A stretch of 24,000 bases of DNA from Coriobacteriia bacterium (GCA_030537355.1 JAUNNF010000009.1:11451-35450), one strand, 5' to 3'. Counted from the stretch's first letter, positions 1 through 8,900 are shown. Program-made: numbers and translations. Notes: generated by a model not told the origin, from the letters alone.

Positions 1-2
1 CT

Positions 3-596
3 GTTCCTTCCCTATTTGCATTTTCTGAATCTGGTCCAGGATCTATGCATGCACCATTAGCACTTTCACTAGTTTGTGCTTTAGTATTTGGTGCAATTGC
101 ACAAAAAACAAGAATGTGCTTTGCAGGATCATTTAGAAATGTATTTATGGCAAAAGATTTTACCTTAATCAGCACTATTGGTGGGCTATTTGTGGGGCTT
201 TTGATCTATAACCTAGTTACAGGTAATTTTAAACTTTCTATGGATGGACAACCAGTTGCTCATCAACAGGTTTTGTGGAATATTTTAGGCATGTATGTTG
301 TTGGATTTGGAGCTGTTTTAGGTGGTGGTTGCCCAATTAGACAATTAGTTTTAACAGGACAAGGATCAAGCGATGGAGCAATAACAGTTCTTGGAATGTT
401 TGTTGGTGCTGCATTATGTCATAATTTTAGTCTTGCTTCTGCAGGTGATGCTGTAGATGCAGCAACAGGAGCAGTTACATTAGGCGGAGCAACTCCAAAT
501 GGTCAAATTGCAATTGTAATTTGCATTGTTGCTTTGTTTTTGATTGCGTTTGTTGGAAACAAAAGAGCTAAATCAAAAAAGGTTAAAGCTGCTTAA
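3..596 (+). CDS. YedE/YeeE-family selenium/sulfur-compound transport membrane protein, C-terminal part (5' end lies outside the window)
   Basis: The frame is open from nt 3 (VPSLFAFSESGPGS precedes the first in-window Met at 45). Hydrophobic multi-pass sequence with a GGGCPIRQLVLTG motif typical of YedE/YeeE. It heads a sel gene cluster. Confidence 0.75.
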   Translation, partial: VPSLFAFSESGPGSMHAPLALSLVCALVFGAIAQKTRMCFAGSFRNVFMAKDFTLISTIGGLFVGLLIYNLVTGNFKLSMDGQPVAHQQVLWNILGMYVVGFGAVLGGGCPIRQLVLTGQGSSDGAITVLGMFVGAALCHNFSLASAGDAVDAATGAVTLGGATPNGQIAIVICIVALFLIAFVGNKRAKSKKVKAA

Positions 597-599
597 ATA

Positions 600-839
600 A
601 TGAAAAAGGCTAAAGAACATATTATTGTTACATTCTCAACAACTGCAGATGTTTTTGCTTTCGATAAAGCTTGCAAAAAAAATAAAATTGAGGGACGGAT
701 TATTTCTGTCCCTCGGCAACTTAGTGCTGGGTGTGGTACAGCTTGGAAAAGTAATCTAGAAAATAAACAAGCTTTACTTGACTTAATTGATAAATTTGAT
801 TTAATAGTTGAAAAAGTTCATGAAATAAACTTAGATTGA
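600..839 (+). CDS. DUF3343-type putative Se/S carrier-like small protein (copy 1)
   Basis: 79 aa. Pattern VTFSTTxDxxAxxKxCKxNxxxGRxIxxPxxLSAGCGxAWKS is shared with the paralogue at 5890-6126. This family is typically adjacent to yedE/yedF/selD. Confidence 0.7.
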   Translation: MKKAKEHIIVTFSTTADVFAFDKACKKNKIEGRIISVPRQLSAGCGTAWKSNLENKQALLDLIDKFDLIVEKVHEINLD

Positions 840-851
840 TAGGTGGTTTTT

Positions 852-2240
852 ATGGCTAACAATAGCGAATATTTTAAAATGATTCCTAAAGTCGATGTGC
901 TTTTGGAAGATGAAAAAGTTATTGAATTTGTTCGAATTTATGGAAGACAAATTGTTGTTGATGTTGTGCGCGAATGTATTGATGATATTCGTATGTTTGT
1001 AAAACAAGCTAAAAGTGAATCTGAGGTCTACGACAAAATTGAAAATCTTGTTTTTGATATTGAAAGCACTTTATGTAAAAAAACATCGCTCAGTGTCAAA
1101 AAAGTTATAAATGGTACTGGAACAATTTTGCATACGAATTTAGGGCGTGCTCCACTATCTCAAAAACACCTGGATAAAGTAAATAACATTATGGCAGGCT
1201 ATACTAATCTTGAGTATGACCTAGAAAAAGGTAAACGAGGTCTTCGCTATAGCCATATAGAAGATAAAATCAAATATTTGACTGGTGCTGAAAGTGCAAT
1301 TGTAGTGAATAATAATGCAGCAGCTGTTATGCTTGTGCTTAGCACTCTGGCCAAAAACAAAGAAGCTATTACATCAAGAGGTGAGCTTGTAGAAATTGGT
1401 GGATCTTTCAGAGTGCCTGATGTTATGGAAGCCAGTGGAACAAAACTGGTGGATGTTGGCACTACAAACAAAACCCATATAGACGATTATGAAAATGCAA
1501 TCACGGATGATACAGCACTGTTTTTGAAAGTTCACACAAGCAATTACAAAATTGTTGGATTTACTGAGTCGGTATCGCTTAACGATATGTGCAAGATGGG
1601 TTCACAATATAATATTCCGGTTTATCATGATTTGGGTAGTGGTGTTTTAATTGATCTTGCTAAATATGGGCTAGAACACGAACCAACCGTTCAGGATTCT
1701 GTTAAGGCTGGTGTTGATGTTATCTCGTTTAGTGGAGATAAACTTTTAGGTGGCCCACAAGCTGGTATTATCGTTGGCAAAAATTCTTATATAGAAAAAA
1801 TTAAAAATAATCCTATGACCAGGGCACTTAGGGTTGACAAATTTACTATAGCTATGTTAGACGCTGTTTTAACTGAATATTTAAATAAAGAGAATGTAGT
1901 TAATAATATTCCAATTTTAAAGAATCTTACATTAAATAAAGATGATATATATAAAAAGGCAAATACGTTATTAGAGGTATTAGGCGATACAAATGTAGAA
2001 TTGCGTATCCTTGAAACTCAATCTCAAGCAGGTGGTGGCTCTATGCCATTATTAGAAATACCAAGTTATGCTATTGGCATTAAATCAAAAGTTTTAACAC
2101 CTCACGATATTGAAATTAAGTTTAGAGAGTTTGAAACACCAATTATTGGACGAATTTCTCATGATGTGTTTTTACTTGATTTAAGAACGATAGAAAAAGA
2201 AGATTTTGAAATGATCAAAGAAGCAATAACATGTCTTTAA
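852..2240 (+). CDS. selA: L-seryl-tRNA(Sec) selenium transferase
   Basis: About 462 aa with the SelA PLP-lysine motif FSGDKLLGGPQAGIIVG. An AGGTGG Shine-Dalgarno lies just upstream of ATG 852 (the track start at 843 is GTG). Its 3' end overlaps the selB start. Confidence 0.9.
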   Translation: MANNSEYFKMIPKVDVLLEDEKVIEFVRIYGRQIVVDVVRECIDDIRMFVKQAKSESEVYDKIENLVFDIESTLCKKTSLSVKKVINGTGTILHTNLGRAPLSQKHLDKVNNIMAGYTNLEYDLEKGKRGLRYSHIEDKIKYLTGAESAIVVNNNAAAVMLVLSTLAKNKEAITSRGELVEIGGSFRVPDVMEASGTKLVDVGTTNKTHIDDYENAITDDTALFLKVHTSNYKIVGFTESVSLNDMCKMGSQYNIPVYHDLGSGVLIDLAKYGLEHEPTVQDSVKAGVDVISFSGDKLLGGPQAGIIVGKNSYIEKIKNNPMTRALRVDKFTIAMLDAVLTEYLNKENVVNNIPILKNLTLNKDDIYKKANTLLEVLGDTNVELRILETQSQAGGGSMPLLEIPSYAIGIKSKVLTPHDIEIKFREFETPIIGRISHDVFLLDLRTIEKEDFEMIKEAITCL

Positions 2241-4162
2241 CAAAAAATAAACATATTATTATTGGCACTGCAGGCCATATTGATCATGGCAAAACAACAT
2301 TAATTAAGGCTTTAACAGGTAAAAGCACTGACAGATTAAAAGAAGAACAAGAACGTGGCATAAGTATTGATTTAGGATTTGGATATTTCGACAGTCATAA
2401 TGGAAACAGATACGGCATTGTTGATGTTCCTGGACATGAACGTTTTATAAACAACATGGTTGCAGGTGTTGTAGGTATGGATATGATTTTATTGGTCATT
2501 GCTGCAGATGAAGGGATTATGCCACAAACACGAGAACATATTGATATTTTATCTTTATTGGGTGTTAAGAAGGCAATCATTGTTCTAAACAAAATCGATT
2601 TAGTAGATAACGAGTGGCTAGCGCTTGTAGAGTCAGATATCAGAGATGAATTTAAAAATACATTTTTGAAAAATTCACCTATTGTAAAAGTATCAAGTAA
2701 AACTGGTAGCGGTTTAGACGAATTAATTAAATATATAGAATCTATTGACGTAGAGGAAAGACCTGTTGATTCTATTGCCTGTCTCCCTATTGATAGAGTT
2801 TTTACAATAAAAGGGTCGGGAACTGTGGTTACAGGAACTTTAATATCAGGGCAAATTAGCCTAGGAGACGAGTTAGAAGTATTTCCTGCTAACATAAATT
2901 CAAGAATTAGATCTATTCAGGTACATAATCAATCAAGTGATATAGCATGTGCTGGACAACGCGTAGCCCTAAATTTAGCTGGCGTAGATAGAGATAAAGT
3001 ATATAGAGGTTGTGTTATTGCTGAAAAAACTAGTATACAACCAACAAAGATTATTGATGTCAGAATAAAGATACTGCCATCTATCAAAAGAGTAATTAAA
3101 CATGGGTCTAGATTGCATTTTTTTAGTGGAACATCTGAAGTCTTGGCTAGATTGATTCTATTAGACAAAGATGAATTGCAACCTGGTCAAGATGCCCTAG
3201 CTCAATTACGACTTTCAGAGCGTATTGCAATCAGAAGAGATGACAAGTTTATTGTTAGGTTCTATTCGCCGCTTGAAACAGTTGGTGGTGGTATTGTTAT
3301 TGAAGCTAATGCTAAACCAACAAGGAGATACAATCAGGATGAAATTTTAAAATTAAAGAGTTTAGAAAGTGGCACTATTGAAGATAATGTTTTAGCTTAC
3401 ATTAATGCACAGCAACAGCCTATATTAACATGTAATGAGCTTGCTAAAATGTGCTCTGTAAGTAAAGAAGAAATTATAAAAATTGTAAAAGACTTCGTTG
3501 GTAAGGGCATTGTGTCTGTTTATGATAATTCAAATACGGTATGGAGTAATATAAATAAGGAAAAACATATTAAGGATATTCTTATATATTTAAAACAGTT
3601 TCACAAAAAAAATCCTTATAAACAAGGTTTAAATAAAGCAGAAATTTACAACTTGTTTTTCAATAATACTAAGCGATTAATTTTTGATGAGATAATAGAA
3701 GAATTTGTTATCAATAATATTATTTTTTATAAAAATGAATTTGTTTATGATGCTGAATTTGAGATTCAAAAAGACGAAACATATTCAAAAATTGAACAAG
3801 TAATTATTGCAAATTTAGATAAAGCTAAGTTTAACTTTATGTGGTTTAGCGATATAGATTTAACCAACTTTAAACAATCACATATTGATGACATTTGTGT
3901 TTGTATGGAAAAAGACAATTCTATTATTAAAGTTGCAGATAATTTGTATACCCTCCCAAAATATATATCAGAAGCAAAGAAAAAAATAATTGATGTATTA
4001 AAAAAAGAAAAAAGAATTACAATTAGTCAAGTACGTGATATGTTTGATACTTCAAGAAAAACTGCAAAGCCTATTTTGGATTATATGGACAAGATTGGCA
4101 TAACAAAAAAAACGAAAGGCGAATCAGAGCGTGAAGCCAATAATTTGGAAGCGGATGGGTAA
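2231..4162 (+). CDS. selB: Selenocysteine-specific translation elongation factor
   Basis: N-terminal GTPase motifs GTAGHIDHGKTTL, DVPGHERF and NKIDL, followed by EF-Tu-like domains and a long Lys-rich C-terminal extension (winged-helix SECIS-binding region). 643 aa, directly after selA. Confidence 0.92.
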   Translation: MSLTKNKHIIIGTAGHIDHGKTTLIKALTGKSTDRLKEEQERGISIDLGFGYFDSHNGNRYGIVDVPGHERFINNMVAGVVGMDMILLVIAADEGIMPQTREHIDILSLLGVKKAIIVLNKIDLVDNEWLALVESDIRDEFKNTFLKNSPIVKVSSKTGSGLDELIKYIESIDVEERPVDSIACLPIDRVFTIKGSGTVVTGTLISGQISLGDELEVFPANINSRIRSIQVHNQSSDIACAGQRVALNLAGVDRDKVYRGCVIAEKTSIQPTKIIDVRIKILPSIKRVIKHGSRLHFFSGTSEVLARLILLDKDELQPGQDALAQLRLSERIAIRRDDKFIVRFYSPLETVGGGIVIEANAKPTRRYNQDEILKLKSLESGTIEDNVLAYINAQQQPILTCNELAKMCSVSKEEIIKIVKDFVGKGIVSVYDNSNTVWSNINKEKHIKDILIYLKQFHKKNPYKQGLNKAEIYNLFFNNTKRLIFDEIIEEFVINNIIFYKNEFVYDAEFEIQKDETYSKIEQVIIANLDKAKFNFMWFSDIDLTNFKQSHIDDICVCMEKDNSIIKVADNLYTLPKYISEAKKKIIDVLKKEKRITISQVRDMFDTSRKTAKPILDYMDKIGITKKTKGESEREANNLEADG

Positions 4163-4243
4163 CTGGTGTGCCCCCTGGCCTCTAAAGCCAGTGTAGGGCG
4201 GTATAACGTCCTGGGTGGGTTCGATTCCCACACGCCTCCGCCA
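4147..4243 (+). tRNA. selC: tRNA-Sec-like gene with anticodon CUA (reads UAG)
   Basis: 97 nt in the selC position after selB. Acceptor GGAAGCG(G)/(A)CGCCTCC has an A4.C mismatch. Discriminator is G and CCA is encoded. Anticodon stem CTGGC (4175-4179)/GCCAG (4187-4191) encloses the loop CTCTAAA, so the anticodon is CTA at 4182-4184. Long variable arm GGGCG-GTATAA-CGTCC. T arm GTGGG-TTCGATT-CCCAC. Confidence 0.8.
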
Positions 4244-4267
4244 AATTTTTAGAAAGGAGAAGCTAGA

Positions 4268-4858
4268 ATGATAAATATAGACGCACTGGGAAAACAATGT
4301 CCTATTCCTTTAATAATGACTAAAAATTCTATTGCTAAAAACGGTAATGGAGAATATAGAATTTTAGTTGATAATGAAATTGCTCTTCAAAATTTTGAAA
4401 AAATGGCAAAACAGTATAATTTCACATATAAATATAAAAAACATAATAATAACTATGCTATCACTTTAGGCGTAGAAGATGCTTCTGTAGTTTCATTACA
4501 CGAATTTAATGAACAAGAAACATCAAATACAATTGTTGTATTCAAAAGTCAATATATGGGTCATGGAGACGAGAAATTAGGAACTGTATTGGCGAAGGGT
4601 TGTGTATATGCATTTTCCCAATTAGATAATCCTCCAAAAACAATAATTTTTTATAACTCAGGTGTAAAACTTTTATGTGAAGAAAATGAATTTATTAAAG
4701 ATTTAAAAGCCCTACAAAATAAAGGAGTAAAAATATTTGCTTGTGGAACTTGTCTTGATTATTATCAGTTAAAAAACAAGCTCCTTATTGGCGATATTAC
4801 AAATATGTATGATATTGTAGATATGCTTAATTCGTCAAATAAAATTATTATTCCATAG
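4268..4858 (+). CDS. yedF: YedF-type selenium metabolism protein (TusA-like N-domain plus DsrE-like C-domain)
   Basis: AGGAGA Shine-Dalgarno upstream. N-terminal [11 protein letters not shown] (the CPxP motif of TusA/SirA-like domains). 196 aa with a C-terminal CGTC motif. Lies between selC and selD. Confidence 0.75.
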   Translation: MINIDALGKQCPIPLIMTKNSIAKNGNGEYRILVDNEIALQNFEKMAKQYNFTYKYKKHNNNYAITLGVEDASVVSLHEFNEQETSNTIVVFKSQYMGHGDEKLGTVLAKGCVYAFSQLDNPPKTIIFYNSGVKLLCEENEFIKDLKALQNKGVKIFACGTCLDYYQLKNKLLIGDITNMYDIVDMLNSSNKIIIP

Positions 4859-4859
4859 T

Positions 4860-5888
4860 ATGAACGCAAAAGATGGAAAAATATATTGCAGAACAGGAGG
4901 GTGTGGAGCAAAATTAGGTCCAGCCGCATTAAGCTCTATTTTAAGTAAAATTCATCAAAAAAAAGATCCTAATTTACTTGTTGGATTTGATAGTTCTGAT
5001 GATGCGGCAGTTTACAAATTATCTGATGATATTGCTGTTGTTCAGACTTTAGATTTTTTCCCCCCTATGGTTGATGATCCTTATATTTTTGGGCAAATCG
5101 CAGCAGCAAATGCTTTAAGCGATATTTATGCAATGGGAGCAAAATTTAAATCTGCATTAAATATTGTTTGCTTTCCAGAAAATGAAGATTTAAATATTTT
5201 GGGAAAAATCATTGAAGGAGGATCTGATAAAGTTGCAGAAGCAGGAGGAAGTCTTGTAGGTGGTCATTCTATTAATGACGATTCAATAAAATATGGACTC
5301 TCTGTTACAGGAGTTATCAATCCTAATAATATTTATCAAAACAATACTGCTCAGCCTGGTGATTGTTTGGTTTTAACTAAACCTTTAGGGGTTGGTATTA
5401 TTATGAGCGCAAACAATATTGGCTATGCAAGCAATGAAGCCTTAGATAGTGCTATTAGTAGTATGACATGTTTGAATAAACAAGCTTCAGAACTTAGTCA
5501 TAAATATAATGTTAATGCATGTACTGATATTACTGGTTTTGGTTTAATTGCGCATTTAATAGAAATGTTAAATAAAGACACCGCTGCTGTTATTGATAAT
5601 AAAAGTATTCCGTTTATTAAGGATGCTTATGATTATGCTAATGAATTTTATATTACAGCTGCTGGTCAACGTAATAGAAATTTTGCAGGAAATAATGTTA
5701 AATTTGAAATAGGTGATTTTGCTATTCAAGAATTAGTATTTGATCCGCAGACATCTGGTGGGCTATTGTTTTCTGTACAACACGATCATGCAAAAAAATT
5801 TGTAGAGGATTTGTCTCGCTATTATCCATATACGGCTATTATTGGTCATGTTTCTAAGATGGATAAATATAAAGTAATTGTTAAGTAG
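4860..5888 (+). CDS. selD: Selenide, water dikinase (selenophosphate synthetase), Cys-type
   Basis: N-terminal [10 protein letters not shown] (Cys at the Sec/Cys position), followed by DDAAV and an AIR-synthase-like fold pattern. 342 aa. Confidence 0.92.
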   Translation: MNAKDGKIYCRTGGCGAKLGPAALSSILSKIHQKKDPNLLVGFDSSDDAAVYKLSDDIAVVQTLDFFPPMVDDPYIFGQIAAANALSDIYAMGAKFKSALNIVCFPENEDLNILGKIIEGGSDKVAEAGGSLVGGHSINDDSIKYGLSVTGVINPNNIYQNNTAQPGDCLVLTKPLGVGIIMSANNIGYASNEALDSAISSMTCLNKQASELSHKYNVNACTDITGFGLIAHLIEMLNKDTAAVIDNKSIPFIKDAYDYANEFYITAAGQRNRNFAGNNVKFEIGDFAIQELVFDPQTSGGLLFSVQHDHAKKFVEDLSRYYPYTAIIGHVSKMDKYKVIVK

Positions 5889-5889
5889 C

Positions 5890-6126
5890 ATGGGTTTTAC
5901 GGAAAAGAAAATACTCGTATCTTTTGAATCTACAACCGATGCTTTAGCTATGGAAAAATATTGTAAAGAAAATAACGTTCAAGGTAGATCTATCCCTCTA
6001 CCTAAAGATATATCATCAGGTTGTGGTATTTGTTGGATTTCGCCTTTAAAATTAAAAAACACTATATACAAAATTATTAACGATAATAAATTAAATTTTG
6101 AAGAAATATATGAATTGGATGTTTAA
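5890..6126 (+). CDS. DUF3343-type putative Se/S carrier-like small protein (copy 2)
   Basis: Paralogue of 600-839 (VSFESTTDALAMEKYCKENNVQGRSIPLPKDISSGCGICWIS). ATG 5890 is preferred over the track's TTG at 5878. Confidence 0.7.
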   Translation: MGFTEKKILVSFESTTDALAMEKYCKENNVQGRSIPLPKDISSGCGICWISPLKLKNTIYKIINDNKLNFEEIYELDV

Positions 6127-7223
6127 TGATTTATTTTGATAATTCAGCAACAACTATGTTTAAGCCAGATTCTGTAATAGATAGAGTTACAGATTATTTA
6201 AAACATTCAGGAAATCCAGGTAGGGGTGTTAATGCTGCTAGTTTGTATTCTGGCTCTATAGTTTACGATACTAGAGTAAAGGTTGCAGAATTTTTCCATT
6301 TTAATGATCCGTCAAGAGTAATTTTTACAAGTGGAGTTACTGAAAGTTTAAATACTGTTATTAATTCTGTTGTTTCATCAAATGATCATGTTGTTATATC
6401 GTATTTAGAGCATAATTCTGTTTTAAGACCTTTATATCATTCTGGTTGTTCAATTTCTGTAACTGATGGAAGCATAAAAGAGATATCCAAAAAGATTCAA
6501 AAGAACACTAAGTGTGTAATAATAAATCATTGCTCAAACGTTACTGGTGAAATTCAGGATTTAAAAGCTATAGGAAATTTTTGTAAGGATAAAAGTATTT
6601 TATTTATTGTTGATTGTGCTCAATCAGCAGGTATAGTCGATATTGATGTTGTAGAAAACAATATAGATATTCTTGCTTTTACGGGGCACAAAGCAATGTT
6701 GGGTATGCAAGGTATTGGTGGTATATTAGTTAATTCTCATATTAAAATTGAACCGCTAAAAAGAGGTGGTACCGGCATACATTCCTTTGATAAAGATATG
6801 CCTGAAAAATATCCAGAACATTTAGAAGCAGGAACCCTTAATGTTCCAGGTATTGTAAGTATAAATGCAGGTATTGACTATATTAATGATTACGGCGTTG
6901 AAAATATATACTCTCATGAACTTTCACTTAGGAATTATCTTTTGAGCTATCTTGCTACAAGAAAAAATGTGAGCGTATATAAAAACGATAATAAATCTGC
7001 TATTGGAGTTGTTTCATTTAATTTTAATGATGTCGATTCTGCTAAGCTTAGTGATTATTTATCTACTCAACACAATATCGCAATTAGATCTGGTGCCCAT
7101 TGTGCTCCTCTTGCTTTAAAACATTACAATATTGAATCTTGCGCTCGTATAAGCTTTGGAATTAACAATACAAAAAAAGAGATCGATATTCTAATATCAG
7201 CCTTAGATCAATTTGTTTTTTAA
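6126..7223 (+). CDS. Class-V aminotransferase-fold cysteine desulfurase / selenocysteine lyase-like enzyme
   Basis: PLP-lysine motif FTGHKAMLGMQG and active-site loop RSGAHCAP near the C-terminus. 365 aa. Last gene of the sel cluster. Confidence 0.85.
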   Translation: MIYFDNSATTMFKPDSVIDRVTDYLKHSGNPGRGVNAASLYSGSIVYDTRVKVAEFFHFNDPSRVIFTSGVTESLNTVINSVVSSNDHVVISYLEHNSVLRPLYHSGCSISVTDGSIKEISKKIQKNTKCVIINHCSNVTGEIQDLKAIGNFCKDKSILFIVDCAQSAGIVDIDVVENNIDILAFTGHKAMLGMQGIGGILVNSHIKIEPLKRGGTGIHSFDKDMPEKYPEHLEAGTLNVPGIVSINAGIDYINDYGVENIYSHELSLRNYLLSYLATRKNVSVYKNDNKSAIGVVSFNFNDVDSAKLSDYLSTQHNIAIRSGAHCAPLALKHYNIESCARISFGINNTKKEIDILISALDQFVF

Positions 7224-7329
7224 TAGTTCAAAAATTACGCGTGAGATATGAAAGCAAAATAGATAATAAGATTAATGTAAACGGAGAATCAGTAAGTTAA
7301 ATTAAATTTAAACTGCCTATAGAATTCAT

Positions 7330-7357
7330 GAACCTCGGTGTTAATACAACGAGGTTC
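7330..7357 (+). terminator. Possible hairpin terminator after the desulfurase gene
   Basis: 8-bp perfect stem GAACCTCG (7330-7337)/CGAGGTTC (7350-7357) followed by TGTTGT. There is no clean U-tract, and it overlaps the putative promoter region of the next gene. Confidence 0.3.
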
Positions 7358-7399
7358 TGTTGTATAATATAAATATTGAAATTATTGAGAGGAGAACTG

Positions 7400-7951
7400 A
7401 TGAGTATTTCTAAAAATCGTACAATTGTATTTATGATTATCGCAATTATGTTTACATCAATTTGTTTGCTATGTGGATGTAATCAACAACAGAAGGCAAA
7501 ATATGATTTAAGTACAACAGGAAATTTTAAAGGTATTGAATATAAATATGATTCTAACTGGAAAGAAAGTAAAGGTTCAAGCTATATTAATTATGCGGTA
7601 GATTCTGATCATGATGTACAAATTTACACTCAAGAATCTAAAACAATGAACGCTGACAAATTCTATGAAGGCAGAAAAAATAATTATATGGATACAAGCA
7701 AATACAAGGATGTTACTTTTAAAGACATTAGCAAAGGTACAAAGGAAGTCAATGGATTGAATTTGATTACTTTTGAGTATAGCGTTAAATATACATCTGT
7801 CTCTAATGGAAAGCAATCTGAAGATACCGTTAAAGCTGCCTACGGTTCTAGAACAGATGGTTTTGTTTGGATTTCTGTTACTGCTAAAAATGGCAATACA
7901 GACACATCACTTTTCGATGATTTTATTGCAAATGTTAAACCATTAGTTTAA
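7400..7951 (+). CDS. Putative lipoprotein, function unknown
   Basis: GAGAGGAGAA Shine-Dalgarno before ATG 7400 (the track start 7376 is TTG). Signal peptide ends in the lipobox-like LLCGC. The mature part is hydrophilic. Confidence 0.7.
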   Translation: MSISKNRTIVFMIIAIMFTSICLLCGCNQQQKAKYDLSTTGNFKGIEYKYDSNWKESKGSSYINYAVDSDHDVQIYTQESKTMNADKFYEGRKNNYMDTSKYKDVTFKDISKGTKEVNGLNLITFEYSVKYTSVSNGKQSEDTVKAAYGSRTDGFVWISVTAKNGNTDTSLFDDFIANVKPLV

Positions 7952-8272
7952 ATCTCGAAGCTCAGCATAAGCATCTTGAGGATTATCTGGGTTGTACAAT
8001 ACTGTAACCTTAGTGCCTACAGGTGTGGTTTTAAATATGTTTTTAGCACCTGCATCTCCTAGTATTGCCAGGTATTCTTTTCCGTCAACTTTATACTTAA
8101 CGTAAAAGCCCGTTTCTTCGCCTCTGTATTTAGCCATTGTAATTTTTGTTAAAACACCTTCAGTTTCCAGGCGAGGTATGTTTTGCTTTTTCTTTATATG
8201 TCTAAATATTACAAAAGTAAATATAGCTAAAGCTATTAAACTTATTATTAGAAATATTGTGAGAAAATCCAT
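7943..8272 (-). CDS. Small N-terminally membrane-anchored protein (DUF3592-like)
   Basis: AAAGGAGTG Shine-Dalgarno before the internal Met (MDFLTIFLIISLIALAIFTFVIF...). One TM helix then a beta-rich domain. The track's 38 extra N-terminal codons are AT-rich leader. Convergent with the lipoprotein gene, with a 9-nt overlap. Confidence 0.65.
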   Translation of the reverse strand: MDFLTIFLIISLIALAIFTFVIFRHIKKKQNIPRLETEGVLTKITMAKYRGEETGFYVKYKVDGKEYLAILGDAGAKNIFKTTPVGTKVTVLYNPDNPQDAYAELRDLN

Positions 8273-8393
8273 ATTCACTCCTTTCTGAAATGTTTTAATC
8301 TCTGCTATATGATAATTTATTATTATATATTTATTTGTTAATTTTTGTTTTATATGCTTAAATTTAAATAATAAATGTATTCCCAAAAAATGA

Positions 8394-8812
8394 AAATATT
8401 TAAATTTTTGGAATAGAAAATTTCTTGATATTGTAGAAAGTATTCGAAGTAATTTACACTCTCGGAAATTTACGCAAAGTAATTTACACTCTCTTTTTAA
8501 TCAAATATACGAAGAAACTGTAGATAACTATGGGTTAATAAATGCTGCAAAAATTAAGGATATAGGAATTAAGAAACAGCAGATTCAAAGATATCTAAAG
8601 GATAATCGTTTAGAAAAAGTAGGACATGGTGTATATAAAATTACGCAATATGTCCCTGTTCGTGAAGATCAGTATGCCAAAGCGGTAGCACTTGTTGGCG
8701 ATGATGCGTATTTATATGGCACTGCAGTCTTAGCTTTGTTAAAACTAAAGATTACAAACCAGATATGATTTTGATTAAAAGACCAGGTCGAAGAATGAAT
8801 ATTGCACTTTAA
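8394..8812 (+). pseudogene. Decayed AbiEi-type (type IV TA) antitoxin gene fragment
   Basis: Open frame with no ATG. It translates to ...LFNQIYEETVDNYGLINAAKIKDIGIKKQQIQRYLKDNRLEKVGHGVYKITQYVPVREDQYAKAVALVGDDAYLYGTAVLALLKL, matching the AbiEi N-terminal winged-helix pattern. It stops at 8768, continues in the +1 frame (KPDMILIKRPGRRMNIAL) to 8812, then is truncated. No AbiEii toxin gene follows. Confidence 0.5.
8447..8493. repeat. 17-bp direct repeat AAGTAATTTACACTCTC x2, 30-bp period
   Basis: Identical copies at 8447-8463 and 8477-8493, with a related AAATTTACGCAA between them. Contains the TTTACAC core also seen at 8881, 16221, 16582 and 19691. Confidence 0.8.
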
Positions 8813-8874
8813 TGCTTTTAAATCAATCAAAGGTTCAAAGACCTCACCAGCAGGGATGATAGAAATAAAAATTA

Positions 8875-8900
8875 CGAGATGTTACACACTTGTCACACTT
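8875..8900 (+). repeat. Bipartite TTACAC motif, copy A (CGAGATGTTACACACTTGTCACACTT)
   Basis: Near-identical to copy B at 16215-16239. Lies between the truncated AbiEi remnant and the yhf-like operon. Confidence 0.8.

Noticed and set aside
1247-3168. Minus-strand ORFs 1247-1471, 2395-2895 and 2929-3168 inside selA/selB
   Set aside because: They are antisense to strongly supported genes, have low-complexity Ser/Thr/Ile-rich translations, and show no start context. They are typical shadow ORFs in AT-rich DNA.
4147-4243. Interpreting the CUA tRNA as pyrrolysine tRNA (pylT) or a generic amber suppressor
   Set aside because: pylT is short, with a tiny variable loop and no long extra arm, and it accompanies pylBCDS. 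This gene is 97 nt with a long variable arm and G73, and it sits between selB and selD. A tRNA-Sec derivative is the better reading.
4860-5888. Possibility that selD or another gene in the locus is itself a selenoprotein (in-frame TGA or TAG)
   Set aside because: SelD has Cys in the GCGAK motif. All sel-locus ORFs are uninterrupted. Adjacent ORFs separated by stops are in different frames or are clearly distinct families.
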